Positions 1 to 12,152 of a DNA stretch of 64,000 bases are shown piece by piece. Below the pieces are notes generated by a model, which saw only the letters and a list, made by a program, of their open reading frames with translations, was not told the origin of the DNA and ran no database searches. The stretch spans positions 17,174,001-17,238,000 of the forward strand of contig NC_135768.1 of assembly GCF_052425735.1 (NCBI RefSeq). The letters run 5' to 3'. Each line of letters opens with the position of its first letter. The first letter of the stretch is position 1. The DNA is from Oculina patagonica. Taxonomy: Eukaryota. The position numbers were made by a program, and so were the translations under genes.

Positions 1-1974
1 GAAGGTATTTCAGACGATGGTCTAGTTTTCGAGGAGTGTTTTGAATTTGAGAATTCTCCCAATCGTATTCAATCAGTTAAGGGTAGGCTCAGAGCTCAAT
101 TTAATTTTTGGTCGCTTACTCTAGGTGCAAATGATTTCATTCTCCGGGTTATAGACAAGGGGTATACCATACCCTTTATTACAGTTCCTCAGAATGCATT
201 TTTTGATAATAACCGTTCAGCGCGTATGCACCCTGATTTTGTTTTAGAGGCTATTCAGGAGCTTCTTTTGTCAGGCTCAGTTGTTCAAGTATCTAGTCCT
301 CCGCATGTTGTCAATCCTTTGTCTGTTTCCATACAGAGTTGTGGTAAGAAGAGGTTGATTTTAGACCTTAGGCATGTCAATAAACACATTTGGAAGGAGA
401 AATTTAAGTTTGAGGATATTAGGAACGCTTGTGTTTACCTTCCCTCCGATCATTTCATGTTCAAATTTGATCTTAAATCTGGCTACCACCATATCAATAT
501 TTTGCAGGAACATCAAACTTTTCTAGGGTTTTCTTGGGTTGTAAATGGTGTAAGGAAGTTTTTTGTGTTTACAGTTCTCCCTTTTGGGTTATCCTCAGCT
601 CCGTATATTTTTACTAAGGTTGTTCGTGTTCTTGTCAGATATTGGAGGAGTCATGCTGTGAGAATTACAGTTTACCTTGATGACGGGCTTGGTTCTGCCC
701 ATGATTTCGCTCGCTGCGAAGCTGCTTCATTATTTGTTAAGACTTCGCTTCAGCTTTCTGGTTTCCTTCCCTATGACAGTAAATCAATTTGGCAGCCAAC
801 TTCTTGCTTAGTTTGGTTGGGTTATTGTATTGATCTGTCTATTCATACTATCTCCATCCCTTCACAAAGAATTCTAAGTGCGGTACAGGTTATTGATTCA
901 ATTCGTTCTCAGTATCCTTCTAGTACTGCTAGAAAATTAGCCCAGTTTGTTGGTAAGATTATCTCAATGGGTTTCGTTTTTGGTAATATTACTCGTATCA
1001 TGACAAGGTATTCTCATTTTGATATTTTAAGAAGTCCTACATGGGATAGCAAAATTTCCCTATCGGGTTCCACTCTGAATGAACTATGTTTTTGGAAAGA
1101 CAATATTCCTTCCCTTAACAGTAGACGCCTGTTGTCTGTACAGTCTCATTATACCCGTGTATGTTATTCCGATGCGAGTTCTACGGGTTGTGCCAGTTAC
1201 ATGTTAGAATTTCATAACACCATCTCTCACAAGATGTGGAGTGTTGAAGAGGCCGGCTCAGAAGAGCTCCTCTTACAGGGAACTAAAGGCTATTTCCCTG
1301 GGTCTAGAATCTTTTTTGCCTTTAGTTAAAGGGCACACTATTAAGTGGTATACTGATAATCAGAGCGTTTCTAGAATTGTTGAAGTGGGAAGCATGAAGA
1401 AAGATTTGCAACGTTTAGCTTTGCGCATTTTTAGTATGTGCTTGCTCAATTGCATCACATTGGAAGTTGAATGGATTCCGAGATCGGCTAACGATAGGGC
1501 TGATTTTTTGAGTAGAGTGGTGGATTATGATGATTGGCGGGTCAAGAGGGATTATTTCCTTTTGGCCGAGGAGAAATGGGGTCCTCACTCTGTGGACCGC
1601 TTCGCGAATCATGAAAATACTCAGTTGCCCCGTTTCAATAGCAGGTTTTGGTGCCCTGGAACAGAGGCGGTTGATGCCTTTTCTGTTTTTTTTGGGCGGG
1701 AGAGAATAATTGGCTCGTTCCACCTATTTTTCTCATCCCCAGGGTCCTCAATCACATGGTTGCCCTTGGGGGTTGCGCTACGCTTGTTGTTCCTGCTTGG
1801 CCTTCCGCTCCATTTTAGCCATTGATTTTTACAGACGAGGGTTTGTCCCCCATATTGTCTGATTTTTTCGAGATCCCCATGGGTAATGATGTTTTTGTTT
1901 TGGGTAATTATAAAAATGCCCTTTTTGGTTCACATAATTTCCGTTCAGGTGTCCTGTTCTTGAGGATTTCCTAG
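1..1974 (+). pseudogene. DIRS pol: reverse transcriptase - RNase H - methyltransferase-like, disrupted
   Basis: Frame open from nt 1 (VKGRL..FW). Motifs DLKSGYHH, LPFGLSSAP, YLDDG; RNase H YSDAS, REL, YTDN; MT-like VDRFA..NWLVPP. Frameshifts at ~1255 and in poly-T ~1690, and a stop at ~1816. Confidence 0.9.
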
Positions 1975-2084
1975 AGAGGCCTTACGTTAACCACCCCCCT
2001 TTCACATTTGTTGGGGGTTTTCTCTGCAGTTTGTAGAGTTCTTTACGCTCATCATGCTGATACAAAATGTTATCTGAGTATCGT

Positions 2085-2201
2085 GGGATGCACTTGGATC
2101 CCCCCTTTTTTGTGGACCACTTGGTCTTTTTCATTATGCAGGGACCACTTGGGCCCTTAGTGGCGATGTTTTTGCTGTGTTTTTGGGACCACTTGGACCC
2201 A
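2085..2201 (+). repeat. Array of four short hairpins with conserved CACTTG loop region between pol and YR
   Basis: GGGATGCACTTGGATCCC (2085-2102), GGACCACTTGGTCT (2114-2127), AGGGACCACTTGGGCCCT (2140-2157), TGGGACCACTTGGACCCA (2184-2201), separated by unrelated T-rich spacers. Confidence 0.8.
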
Positions 2202-2296
2202 TCCTTACTTTTGTTTCACCACATGGCTTAATTTATTAAGTTATATTTTTTCTTTGGTCAGTTTTGTCATTTTATTTTCTCTATTTTCTGCTTCAG

Positions 2297-3288
2297 ATGT
2301 TAAAGCAGCTGCCAGTCGGACGTTTGGCGTTCCACTTTGGGAGAAGCTTTGGCTCTCTGCCTTTAATTCTCGAGCTGATAACACAGTCATTAATTATTGT
2401 AGATCGTTTTGTAAGTTTAAGGCGTGGTGCTTGCATAGCACTGGGGAGGTTTCTTTTCTTCCAGCTACTTCAATCACAGTTTCCTTGTATTTGCATCATT
2501 TACTTGAGATTTCACTAGGTAGCTCTACAATTTATAGCGTTTTTTACGCTATTAACTGGGTGCATAAGTTAGCAGGTTTTGAAAATTGCAATCCGTGCGA
2601 CAAGTTTCTTGTCAAGTCTATGGTTGAGGCTTCCAGTCGCGTTCCTCGTAAACCTGTCAGGAAGGCGGAGCCCATTACCCCAGAGATCCTTGGCTTAATT
2701 TTCCAGCAGTATGGGGAAAGTAGTAATTTACTTGATATCAGGTTTGTCTGTATGTGTTTACTTGCATATGCTGGTTTCTTCCGCATTTCCGAGCTTTTAA
2801 GCATTAGGAGATCTAACATTGTTACTGAAGATCTTTATCATAAGATTTTTGTTTAAGTCAGCAAGACTGATAAGTACAGAGAGGGTTCCTGGGTTTATAT
2901 TGCTAAGACTGGTAATTGTACTTGTCCTTATACTTACCTTATTAGGTACTTAGAAGCTGCCAGGATTCCTTTGTTTTCTCAGAATTTCATTTTCAGATAC
3001 TTACGGTACGACAAGAATTTGAACTGCAATGTTTTGTCTTCCAAGCCCCTCACTGCTAGCAGAGCGGGAGAAATTCTTAAGGAGAAGTTGTTAGCTATTG
3101 GATTAGACCCCTCTAAGTTTAGTAATCACAGCTTCAGGTCCGGAGGAGCTACTTCCGCTGCAAATCTGAATGTTCCTGATCGCCTTTTCAAAGTTCACGG
3201 AAGGTGGAAATCAGATTCAGCTAAAGACGGCTATGTTCGCGATAAAGTCGACTCACGTCTTTATGTTCCTTTGCACATTGGAATTTAA
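2297..3288 (+). pseudogene. Tyrosine recombinase of the DIRS element (one in-frame stop)
   Basis: ORFs 2254-2856 and 2971-3288 are in the same frame, split by TAA at 2854. Catalytic motifs FFRISE, SKTD, HSFRSGGAT, HGRW, DGYV. Preceded by a pyrimidine tract and CAG (2294-2296). Confidence 0.9.
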
Positions 3289-3515
3289 TTAATTCAGTTT
3301 TTGTAAGAGTCAGTTTAGACTCATTTTGTATTTCGCTACCATTTATTCTTCTGTATCATGTAAGTTGTGTTTTGTACAGGTCGTATTATGGCACTGCTCG
3401 ACCTATTCCTCCAATACAATAAATTCATTTATTGCCTATTTGCTTGTGTGTTTCATCATTACAGAGTTTAGAGTATAAATAAGTTATTTTCGGTACGCAG
3501 TTTAGGAAATAACTG

Positions 3516-4222
3516 TTGGGAAATAACATAAAATCAGAAAAATGTAAAATACAAAAGTGTTCATCGAGCTCTTCTTCAATCGCATTATGTTTACGTTATT
3601 ACTAGCCTCTGAACTTTGCACTGCATGTTGTTGAGCTTGTATTTGAATTTGATGTCGTTTAACAATTTGAAAAATTTCGGATATAACAGAATGAGGATAT
3701 GAACAGACAGATGACAATGAAAAAAGATGCAATAATAGAATATATATAAGCATTCCAAAAATAAATTATGAACACCAGAAAAATGATTAGCCATACTAGT
3801 AACAATGGGTAGATAACTCGGGTTGTGGTCACAACTGTAACATATCTCATGTGATAATGAAGGGCCGCAAACATGTCCATGCTTATGGCTGTCATTGTGC
3901 AAAGAGAAAAACCACAACAACTAAAAGTTGTGAAAAAATCAAGTCTTAATAGCTCTAATGCATCTTTCAGTTCTTTCGCAATGTAAACTGGTTGCACCAC
4001 AAGCCCAACAAGAAGGTCTGACAAAGCCAAACTGCAGAGCAAAATCATGAACGGTGAACGAAGCGAAGGAGTTCTCAACATGGCGGCAAGCACCAGAGTG
4101 TTGCCAATAATGGATGTGAACATCAAAGGGGCGTTAAGTACGCAATTTATGATGACAAGAATATCAGGATGAACAGAATAGTCACTCGCTGATTTGTTCC
4201 TTAAGATGCTGTCGTTGTTCAT
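3516..4222 (-). pseudogene. Class A GPCR (cluster family), frameshifted and truncated in TM6 by the DIRS element
   Basis: GNTLVLAAM..LALSDLL, DRF changed to DMF, frameshift ~3675. Ends at LCYFP; TM7 is missing from the window. Confidence 0.9.
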
Positions 4223-4521
4223 TGTGATTTTTCTTAAAAACCGTTTACTCGAGGAAATGGCGTTGATTTCGTTCGGTTTTCTGTTAAACTCGAACGATTA
4301 AGAGTTCTAGTCTTGCAATATATTATTTGGTCAATCACTATTTTGAAGGATACTTATACCATCCACTAAAGTGGACTTCTATAACAAATAACTTGGAGGT
4401 CTTTTTTTATGTAACAATTTAACTACAAAGCAAAGGGCTTGCTGTGTCTTTGTCAAAAAAACTTGTTGACAGCGACTGGTAAAAACAATTAGTCCTTTAT
4501 TATAAAAATGAGGCTATCATT

Positions 4522-5148
4522 GGTTGCGGTCACATCTACGACGTAACTAAAGTTTAACTATAGTTAGTCTCAAGTTACGTGACGTCATACCTAACTATAG
4601 TTAGTGCTTTCGGTCGTCTAAGCGGTCACACCAGTGCAGTTAACTATAGTTAGTTCTGATTAGGTTGTGAATAATTTGGTATTTAAATTAGTTTATGACA
4701 GCCCGTCTTGTTGATCTGTGTCTAGTTGTTCCTTTTTTTTTCTATTTTTGCACGGCATTTCGGCGTTGAAGAAAATAAAATGAAGTATGCATGCTAGAAA
4801 CCGAAGAATTCAAGCTTTATTTTTGCTAACATTGATGATATGTTATTTCTTGGCATGTTGTTTTTCTTGTTTTCCTTCCCTTGACGCTTTGTTTTGCATA
4901 TTTATGTTCATCTCGCACGTGCGAAAAGAATTGTCGCATTCTGATTGGCTTTTCGTTTGTAAACTTAAGACTAACCCATGAACCTTGCTTGGGTATAACT
5001 ATAGTTAGTCTGTATTGTTTTAGATCAGTGAGGCGTAAATTTTCTAACTATAGTTAGGGCGAACAGAGAAGCGGTCACATTACTGAAATAGCTAACTATA
5101 GTTAACGCCGTCCTAACTATAGTTAGCAGTCTAGATGTGACCGCAGCC
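4522..5148. mobile_element. PIF/Harbinger-like MITE
   Basis: TIR GGTTGCGGTCACATCTA / TAGATGTGACCGCAGCC, 3-bp TSD ATT (4519-4521, 5149-5151), seven subterminal TAACTATAGTTA palindromes. Confidence 0.8.
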
Positions 5149-6064
5149 ATTATATCAGGTATTTCAAACAAATTGATTTTAATTGATTGGGTTTTTATCA
5201 TGATCTTTACAAATCATTCCTTTGGTCCTTAAGGGGAGGCCAACTAATATCCGTTATAACAGCATAGAAACTAAACGAAAAATCCATTCAAGAGGTTCAG
5301 CAAATCAATCACATGAAGTGCAGCAAATCAGTCTAATTACTTGCCATGGGCGAACTAATTAGGGAATTTTTATCTCGCTTTCAAGGATCAAAATATGGAA
5401 CTCCCTTGAGAAGGATATACGATCAATCTCTTTTAGAAAATTTGAAGACAATTAAAAAAGAATTGCTGTACAAATATTAAGGTTTGCTTTGGTTTCTGAT
5501 TTCCTTAAAGTAATGATATTTTTTTTTGCTTTTTCAATGATTTATTTGCTGCTTAAATTAAGCATCTTTTATAAGACTCTATTACTGGTATAATTGAATT
5601 TCTTTTCCCCTTGATTAATAAAAACTATTTGATTTTTAGTTAGAGATGTGTGCATGTTTATGTTGTGTTTTTGTTTCTTTCCGACCTTAATATTGTAATT
5701 TATTCGATAAAATTTGGTCTTCTAGAGTTGTTAACTCCTTAGTTATTTAAGAAATCCAACACCCTTCTATTTTTAATTTGTATGTAAATTTCTTCCTTTT
5801 TTAAGGTTAAAAATAAAGTTTGTTGTTTTGTTAAAAAATTACATGTCCTTCGGCTCGTGCTAACCAACATAGGCGTACGGGCATTTTCAGATCTGGGGGG
5901 ATGTTATTGCCGGTAAAAAAAAAAGTGACACATGTTGAAAGCCGATTAAAGAGGCATATAAAATGGAAACAAACCGTGCCCTGACCTAGTTGTGTACAAA
6001 TTTTGCCTCCTTGCTTAAAGGAAATGTTAGTTAGATATCAATCTACTGTATCATTGTGCCTTAT

Positions 6065-7058
6065 TTAGCAGACAAATGAATTCTGTTGACAATGTAGCAG
6101 GAAAATGACAGATATTGTCGTCTCGTGATATTTTCTGCATTCAGGCTGGCTTTCCCAAGTTTGTTTACAAAACATCCACTTCGCTGTCTTTACAACTGCC
6201 GTTCGAAGCTCACGTACGCGCCAGAAATACAGAAATGGATTGATGGACGAGTTCATAAATATAGTGGTGCTAGCAATGGCCCACAGGATAGGCCTGTCCA
6301 TGCCTGAGATTCCATGAAATCCAAAAATAGTTAATATAATATACATTGGAAAATAACAAATAATAAAAAAGATATAAATAAGAAAGTGCTCATTGAACTT
6401 GTTTTCAGTTGCAATATGTTTGTGTTAGTTTCGTTGTCGAAACATTGCACTGACTGTTGTTAAGCGTGAATCTGTGATTGATGTCGGCGAACAGTTCGAT
6501 AAATTGTGAAATTGTGAAATGTTGAAATTATAAGGCAAATGACAGTAACAATGCAACTGCGGCTATCAAGTGAAGTGCATTCTCGTGCCAAAGCTCAGAA
6601 CTTGACAAACCAGAGCCAATTAACCAAATCATCACTAAAACATACGTGACTCGTGATTCAGTCACTAAAGCTGCGTATCGCATGTGATAGTGAAGAGCCA
6701 GAAATCGATCCACAGTTATGGCGGTTATTGTCAGAAGCGAAACTCCACAAAAAGAAAACTCTATCGTATTAGCTGCATGGTGAACGAAACGGTCCTCCGT
6801 AAAATACCTAGCAATATGAAGCGGTTGTGCAATTAGTCCAACAAGAAGGTCTGAAACAGCGAGATTGCAGAGCATAATTATTGAAGTTGAGCGAATGGAA
6901 GGAGTTCTTATTATCGTGGCCAATACCAAAAAAATTCCCTGAAACAGATATAACCATCAGTATAGCATTAACAACACAGTTTATGATGACAGCAGTTTTT
7001 GAAGTATGCCGAAATGAAAGTCTGCTGATCCGCTAATGTTTCTTTCAGTGTTGTTCAT
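6065..7058 (-). pseudogene. Class A GPCR (cluster family), multiple frameshifts/stops
   Basis: ATG at 7058 (MNNTERN). Fragments LCNLAVSDLL, VDRFLALHYHMRY and NSSINPFLYFWRVREL lie in different frames. Confidence 0.88.
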
Positions 7059-7717
7059 TTTAAACGTTCAATGTGAACCCTCAACGTTGTCAAACAGTTT
7101 CTTTTTACACCTGAGGAGACTAAGTAATTCTCTTTCTCGTTTCAGGGAAAGTAGTATAACAAAGCTGTTCGAAATGTGGAGACGCCAACACAAAACCGCA
7201 CAATATACATTTCAATGTGGTGATCTTATCTTACTAGCAGTGCTGCTCTGCAATATTTTTTTTAGTCAAAAATGAATTAAGTTAAAAATCAATTTGTTTA
7301 TAGAACTACATTAGAATTGCGCTATTGTTATTGAAAAGAGTATCTTTTAGTCCTTTTTCCTGTTTCATGCTTCCATTGTTATGAAATCAATAAATCTTTT
7401 AGTACTTCTTTCATGTTGGGGTGTAATTTATACCAATCCTTAAAAAGAGGTTATATTGTGCTTATTTTTAAAAATATTAATAAGTAGCTTTGAAAAAACA
7501 AAGCAAAGCGTTAATTTACAGCTGAATTGTTACGTATCAAGAATACCTTCAAGTTATTCGTTATTGTAGCCATTTTCAGTTGATGGAATCATCATTCTTC
7601 AAATAACCCGAAGCTTGAAAGGTCACCAGAACTCCTAAACGTGCGAAGTTCGGAATCGGCTACAAAATTAACGCCATAGTCAAAAGTTAAAGCGCTAGCT
7701 TACAAAAGAGAAGCACG

Positions 7718-8615
7718 ATGAACAACAACACCTTCCACAGGAACGAATCATGGACCGATTATTCATCTCATACTGAAATCGATACCATCATAAAATGCGT
7801 ACTGAACGCCGCTTTGATGCTCATAGCCATTATTGGCAATTCCTTAGTACTGACTGCCATATTCAAGACTGCGACACTTCGTTCACCATCCATGACTTTG
7901 CTTTGCATTTTGGCCGTGTCAGACCTTCTTGTTGGGCTTGTGGTACAACCGGTTTACATTTCTTTTGAACTAAAAGGGGGTCTTTTCCTACGGCAAATTT
8001 GGTCTTACTTGACTTATTGTTGTTGTGGAGTTTCACTTTGCACAGTAACAGCCTTAAATCTTGGACAGATTTGCAGCCCTTCATTACCACATGAGATATG
8101 TTGCCATAGTAACTACAACGCGGGTTGTCTACACATTGCTGCCAGTATGGTTTCTCATTTTTCTAGCGAACCTTATTTCTTTTTGAAATATGCGTTTACA
8201 TTTAACCATTGCATCTGTTTTTATTTTTGTCTGTCTGTTGATATCCTCATTCTGTTATATCCGAATTTTTCAAATTGTTAAACGGCATCAAATGCAGATA
8301 AACGCTCAACAACAATCAGTGCAAAGATCGGATGCTGCTAATAACTTGAACATGATTTCATTGAAGAAAAGCTCGATGAACACTTTCGTATTTTACATAT
8401 TTTTGCTTTTATGTTATTTGCCAATGTTTGTTTTATTGATGCTTCATGGGATCTTACATATAATTTGGACAGGAAAATGGAACTTCTCTTTAACAGTAGT
8501 TTATATGAACTCTGCAATTAATCCAATGCTATACTGTTGGCGTCTTAGCGAGCTTCGATCGGCTGTTGTAAAGACAGCAAGGAAGATGTTTTGTACACAA
8601 GCAGATCAGCAGTGA
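7718..8615 (+). pseudogene. Class A GPCR (cluster family), frameshift plus nonsense
   Basis: ORFs 7718-8281 and 8190-8615 are two halves. +1 frameshift just before DRF (~8058) and TGG>TGA at 8184. Confidence 0.9.
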
Positions 8616-9972
8616 AAACGGCTTTACGGCTGGTAAAGGGTTCAAGCCTGACCATGTTTTTCGCAATATTTATTAAACAATAACCTTGATTAGACACAAG
8701 GAAACGTCAATGCAACATTAAAAAACTGTATAACTGTTCGGAATAAATCTTCTGTAATAAACTGAGAGAAGGAAAAGATAAGTGTGCCTCTATTTCTGTT
8801 TATTTTATTAATTCGAGATGATCAATAATCTATCGGCAGTGTATTTCACATGGTTAATCCCCTAGAGCGGAAATATTGTTTGCCAAAATTATTCCTGGAG
8901 CTTGAAAAGGATTTTTGAGAACCGAGACAAGCCCCTAAGATTGTAATGAATCAACTAATTACGGTGATGGTACTCTTGGAAATCACAACTTAAGACGTCA
9001 TGGATCGAATTCTGCTTCTTTTGTTCTTTACATTTCCAGATTAGAGTCCTTCGGTAGTCTACTCTACTGTCATATGGCACAACTGTAATTATACAAACAG
9101 CACGATTGAATTGAATTGAAATTATCCCAAAGTATACAATTTTATGGTTGACACAATCCAAAGGACAGCTGATTCTCGAATGGATATTAAGATTTTTTCA
9201 CGGTGTATTGTGTTATAACGGATGTTAGCCTGTTTTTTGACTTTGGGACCAAAGGACTGAATTTCAAAGGTAACAGTGATGACCTAAACTAGCCTGTTTC
9301 CTACTCATTATTTCACGTTATAAATTCTTACTTTTTAAAACGTAGAAATGAAAACAAACTCATGAGGTTTACTTGATAAGTAAACTTTTGTACAAACTAC
9401 GGTCTTTAAACTTTTACCTGCAACCGCTTATGCAATAATTGCTTATTTTTAAACATCATGTTTCTTAACAATATACATATACATTACAACACGGTGGTCG
9501 TATTTTACAACCACTGGTTAGTCAATTGTTTTTTAAGTCAGAGTCAGACAAAATGCAAGATTAATTCGTTTTTAGCACATGGCATAATAATAACGTTAAA
9601 AAGATCTTTTAGTTCTTTTTTTTTCATGTTTCATTGTTACGGAAGAAATAAATGTTTTAGCTGTTATTTCATGTTGGGATGTAATTTGTACCAATCTTTA
9701 AAAACAGGTTATAATATGTTTTCTTTTAAATATTAATTAGTAGCTTTAACAAAGACATACATGTAGGAAGGCTTTTAATTTGCAGCTAAATTGCTACGTT
9801 TTGAGAAGACCTCCAAGCTATTCGTTATTGCGGTCCGCGTTAGTAAATCAGGATTTTTTTAAAAGAAAACTCAAGACTGCAAGTTTATCAGAATTCTTAG
9901 AGGTGCGAGTATCTGAATCTAAACGAAAGAAATATTATTTCTTCAAGTTAGAGCTGTTTAAAGAAAAGCAAG

Positions 9973-10869
9973 ATGAACAACAACACCTTCTTCAAGAACG
10001 AATCAGAGAGTGATTATTCAGCTCATCCTAACATATTTGTCATCATAAACTGTGTACTTAACGCCACTTTGATGCTCATGGCCATTATTGGCAATTCCTT
10101 AGTACTGACTGCTATATTAAACACTCCGGCACTTCGTTTACCGTCCAATACTTTGCTCTGCAGTTTGGCTTTGTCAGACCTTCTTGTTGGCCTTGTGGGA
10201 CAGCCTCTTTACATTGCTAACGAACTGAAAGAAGATTTATTTCTGCAACGAATTTGTTATTTCTTGACTTTTGGTTGTTGTGGAGTTTCTCTTTGCTCAG
10301 TAACAGGCATAAGCTTGGACAGATTTGCAGCCCTTAATCATCACATGAGATATGTTTCTATGGTGACTTCAACTCGACTTGTATACACATTAATACCAGT
10401 ATGGCTTCTCATTTTTCTTGCGAACCTAATTTCCTTTTGGAATTTACGTCTATATTTTACCATTGCATCTATTTTTATTGTTGTCTGTCTGTTTATATCC
10501 TCATTCTGTTACATTCGAATTTTTCAAATTGTTAAACGACATCAAATGCAGATTCAAGCTCAACAACAATCAGTGCAAAGTTCAGAGGCCAGTAATAACT
10601 TAAACTTAATGTTATTGAAGAAGAGCTCGATGAACACTTTCGTATTTTACATTTTTTTGATTTTGTGTTATTTTCCATTGTTTATTTTATTGATGCTTAA
10701 TGGGATCTTTCGAATGAAATGGACAGACACATGGAGCTTTTCGACTACAGTAGCATTTATGAACTCTTCTTTTAATCCAATTTTATACTGTTGGCGTCTT
10801 AGCGAGCTTCGATCGGCAGTTGTAAAAACAGCAAGAAAGGTTTTCTGTACACAAGTAGATCAGCAGTAG
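9973..10869 (+). CDS. Intronless class A GPCR, melanocortin/adenosine-like, 298 aa
   Basis: 7 hydrophobic segments; GN, LALSD, DRF, CYFP, NSSFNPILY motifs. Confidence 0.93.
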   Translation: MNNNTFFKNESESDYSAHPNIFVIINCVLNATLMLMAIIGNSLVLTAILNTPALRLPSNTLLCSLALSDLLVGLVGQPLYIANELKEDLFLQRICYFLTFGCCGVSLCSVTGISLDRFAALNHHMRYVSMVTSTRLVYTLIPVWLLIFLANLISFWNLRLYFTIASIFIVVCLFISSFCYIRIFQIVKRHQMQIQAQQQSVQSSEASNNLNLMLLKKSSMNTFVFYIFLILCYFPLFILLMLNGIFRMKWTDTWSFSTTVAFMNSSFNPILYCWRLSELRSAVVKTARKVFCTQVDQQ

Positions 10870-12152
10870 AATCGAACAACGTTCATATTTGTGTCATAGG
10901 TGCTTTGAGCTTGAAGGCTGTTAAAGAATTTGAGCTTGACCATGTTTATCGCAATATTTATTATACAGTAGCATTAATAAGACAGAGAAAAACCTTCAGG
11001 TAAACATAAAAAAACTGACTGCATCGCTTTTTTGAATAAAAACGTGTTATATTCAATTTAAATATTGTGAAATAAATGCACCATTTATTTTGTTTGTTTA
11101 TTTGGTTGCTTGTTTTTTTTATTTTTATTTTCTAAGATAAATTTCAGATGACTGTGACTGTACTCTGGAAAATCGCACCTTCAAGACGTTTCCATCACAT
11201 AGCTGTTTCTTTTGTTATTTACATTCCTAGATTTAAGTGCCTTGAAGGTCTACTTTAGTGTCATGTGGCAAAATGATTGGTTGGCACAATCCAAAGGACA
11301 GCTGATTATTGAATGGATGTATCAATTATTTTGTATTGTGTTATAACGGATATTAGTTGACCTCCCCTAAGGACCAAAGGACTGAATTCTAAAAATAACT
11401 GTAATAATCTTAACAAACACAAATTTCACAATATAGCCTTTTAAAGGAATGTTTTACTCGTTATTGACCTTACAGTTTCTTGCTTTTAAATGCTACGGAA
11501 AAAGCTGCCTTTAGGTTCAGTTAGAAACTTAAATTTTGTATACTTTAAATTTTGTGGAAACCACGGTTTTAAACTTTCATCTGGAAACGTTTATACAATA
11601 ATTGCTTATTTTTAAACATCAATTTTTTACCAATATGCGTAACAACACGGCGATCTTACATTACCAGCAGTGTTTTGCAAATTCTCGTGAGCCAAAATTG
11701 AACAAAGTGTAAAGTCAATTTGTTTACAGCGCATGACGTATTGCGCTATTGATATTTAAAAATAAAATGATTTTTAGTTCTTCTATTATGTTTCATGCTT
11801 CCATTGACACGAATGAAATTAGTCTTTTAGTTGTTCTTTCATGCTGGGATGCCCAATCCTTTTTACCAATCCTTAAAAACAGGTTATATAACGATTGTTT
11901 CTAAAATATTAATTAGTAGTTTTGACAAAGACATAGCCAACAATTACTGTGAAGCTAAATTGTTATTTGTATCAGGAAGACCTCCAAGTTATCGTTATTG
12001 TGGTCCTCCTTAATAGGTGGAATCATTATTATTGAAATAGTTTTCAACCGAAGCTTGCAAGGCCATCATGCAGAACTCTTAAACGTGCGAGGTTCGGAAT
12101 CTGCAACATAACAACGTCATTTTTAAGTTGGAGTTCTTTAAGGAGAAGCACG

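Larger units (their letters stand above)
1..3515 (+). mobile_element. DIRS-order (DIRS/PAT-like) tyrosine-recombinase retrotransposon, 5' end outside the window, inserted into a GPCR gene
   Basis: Domain order RT (YLDD) - RNase H - adenine-methyltransferase-like - YR (R..HxxR..H..Y). 3' region has AATAAA (~3418) and a terminal hairpin at 3482-3514 abutting a truncated GPCR. Confidence 0.93.

Noticed and set aside
1241-1329. Programmed frameshift between RT and RNase H
   Set aside because: It falls inside the RNase H domain with no slippery site, and the element carries other disabling lesions.
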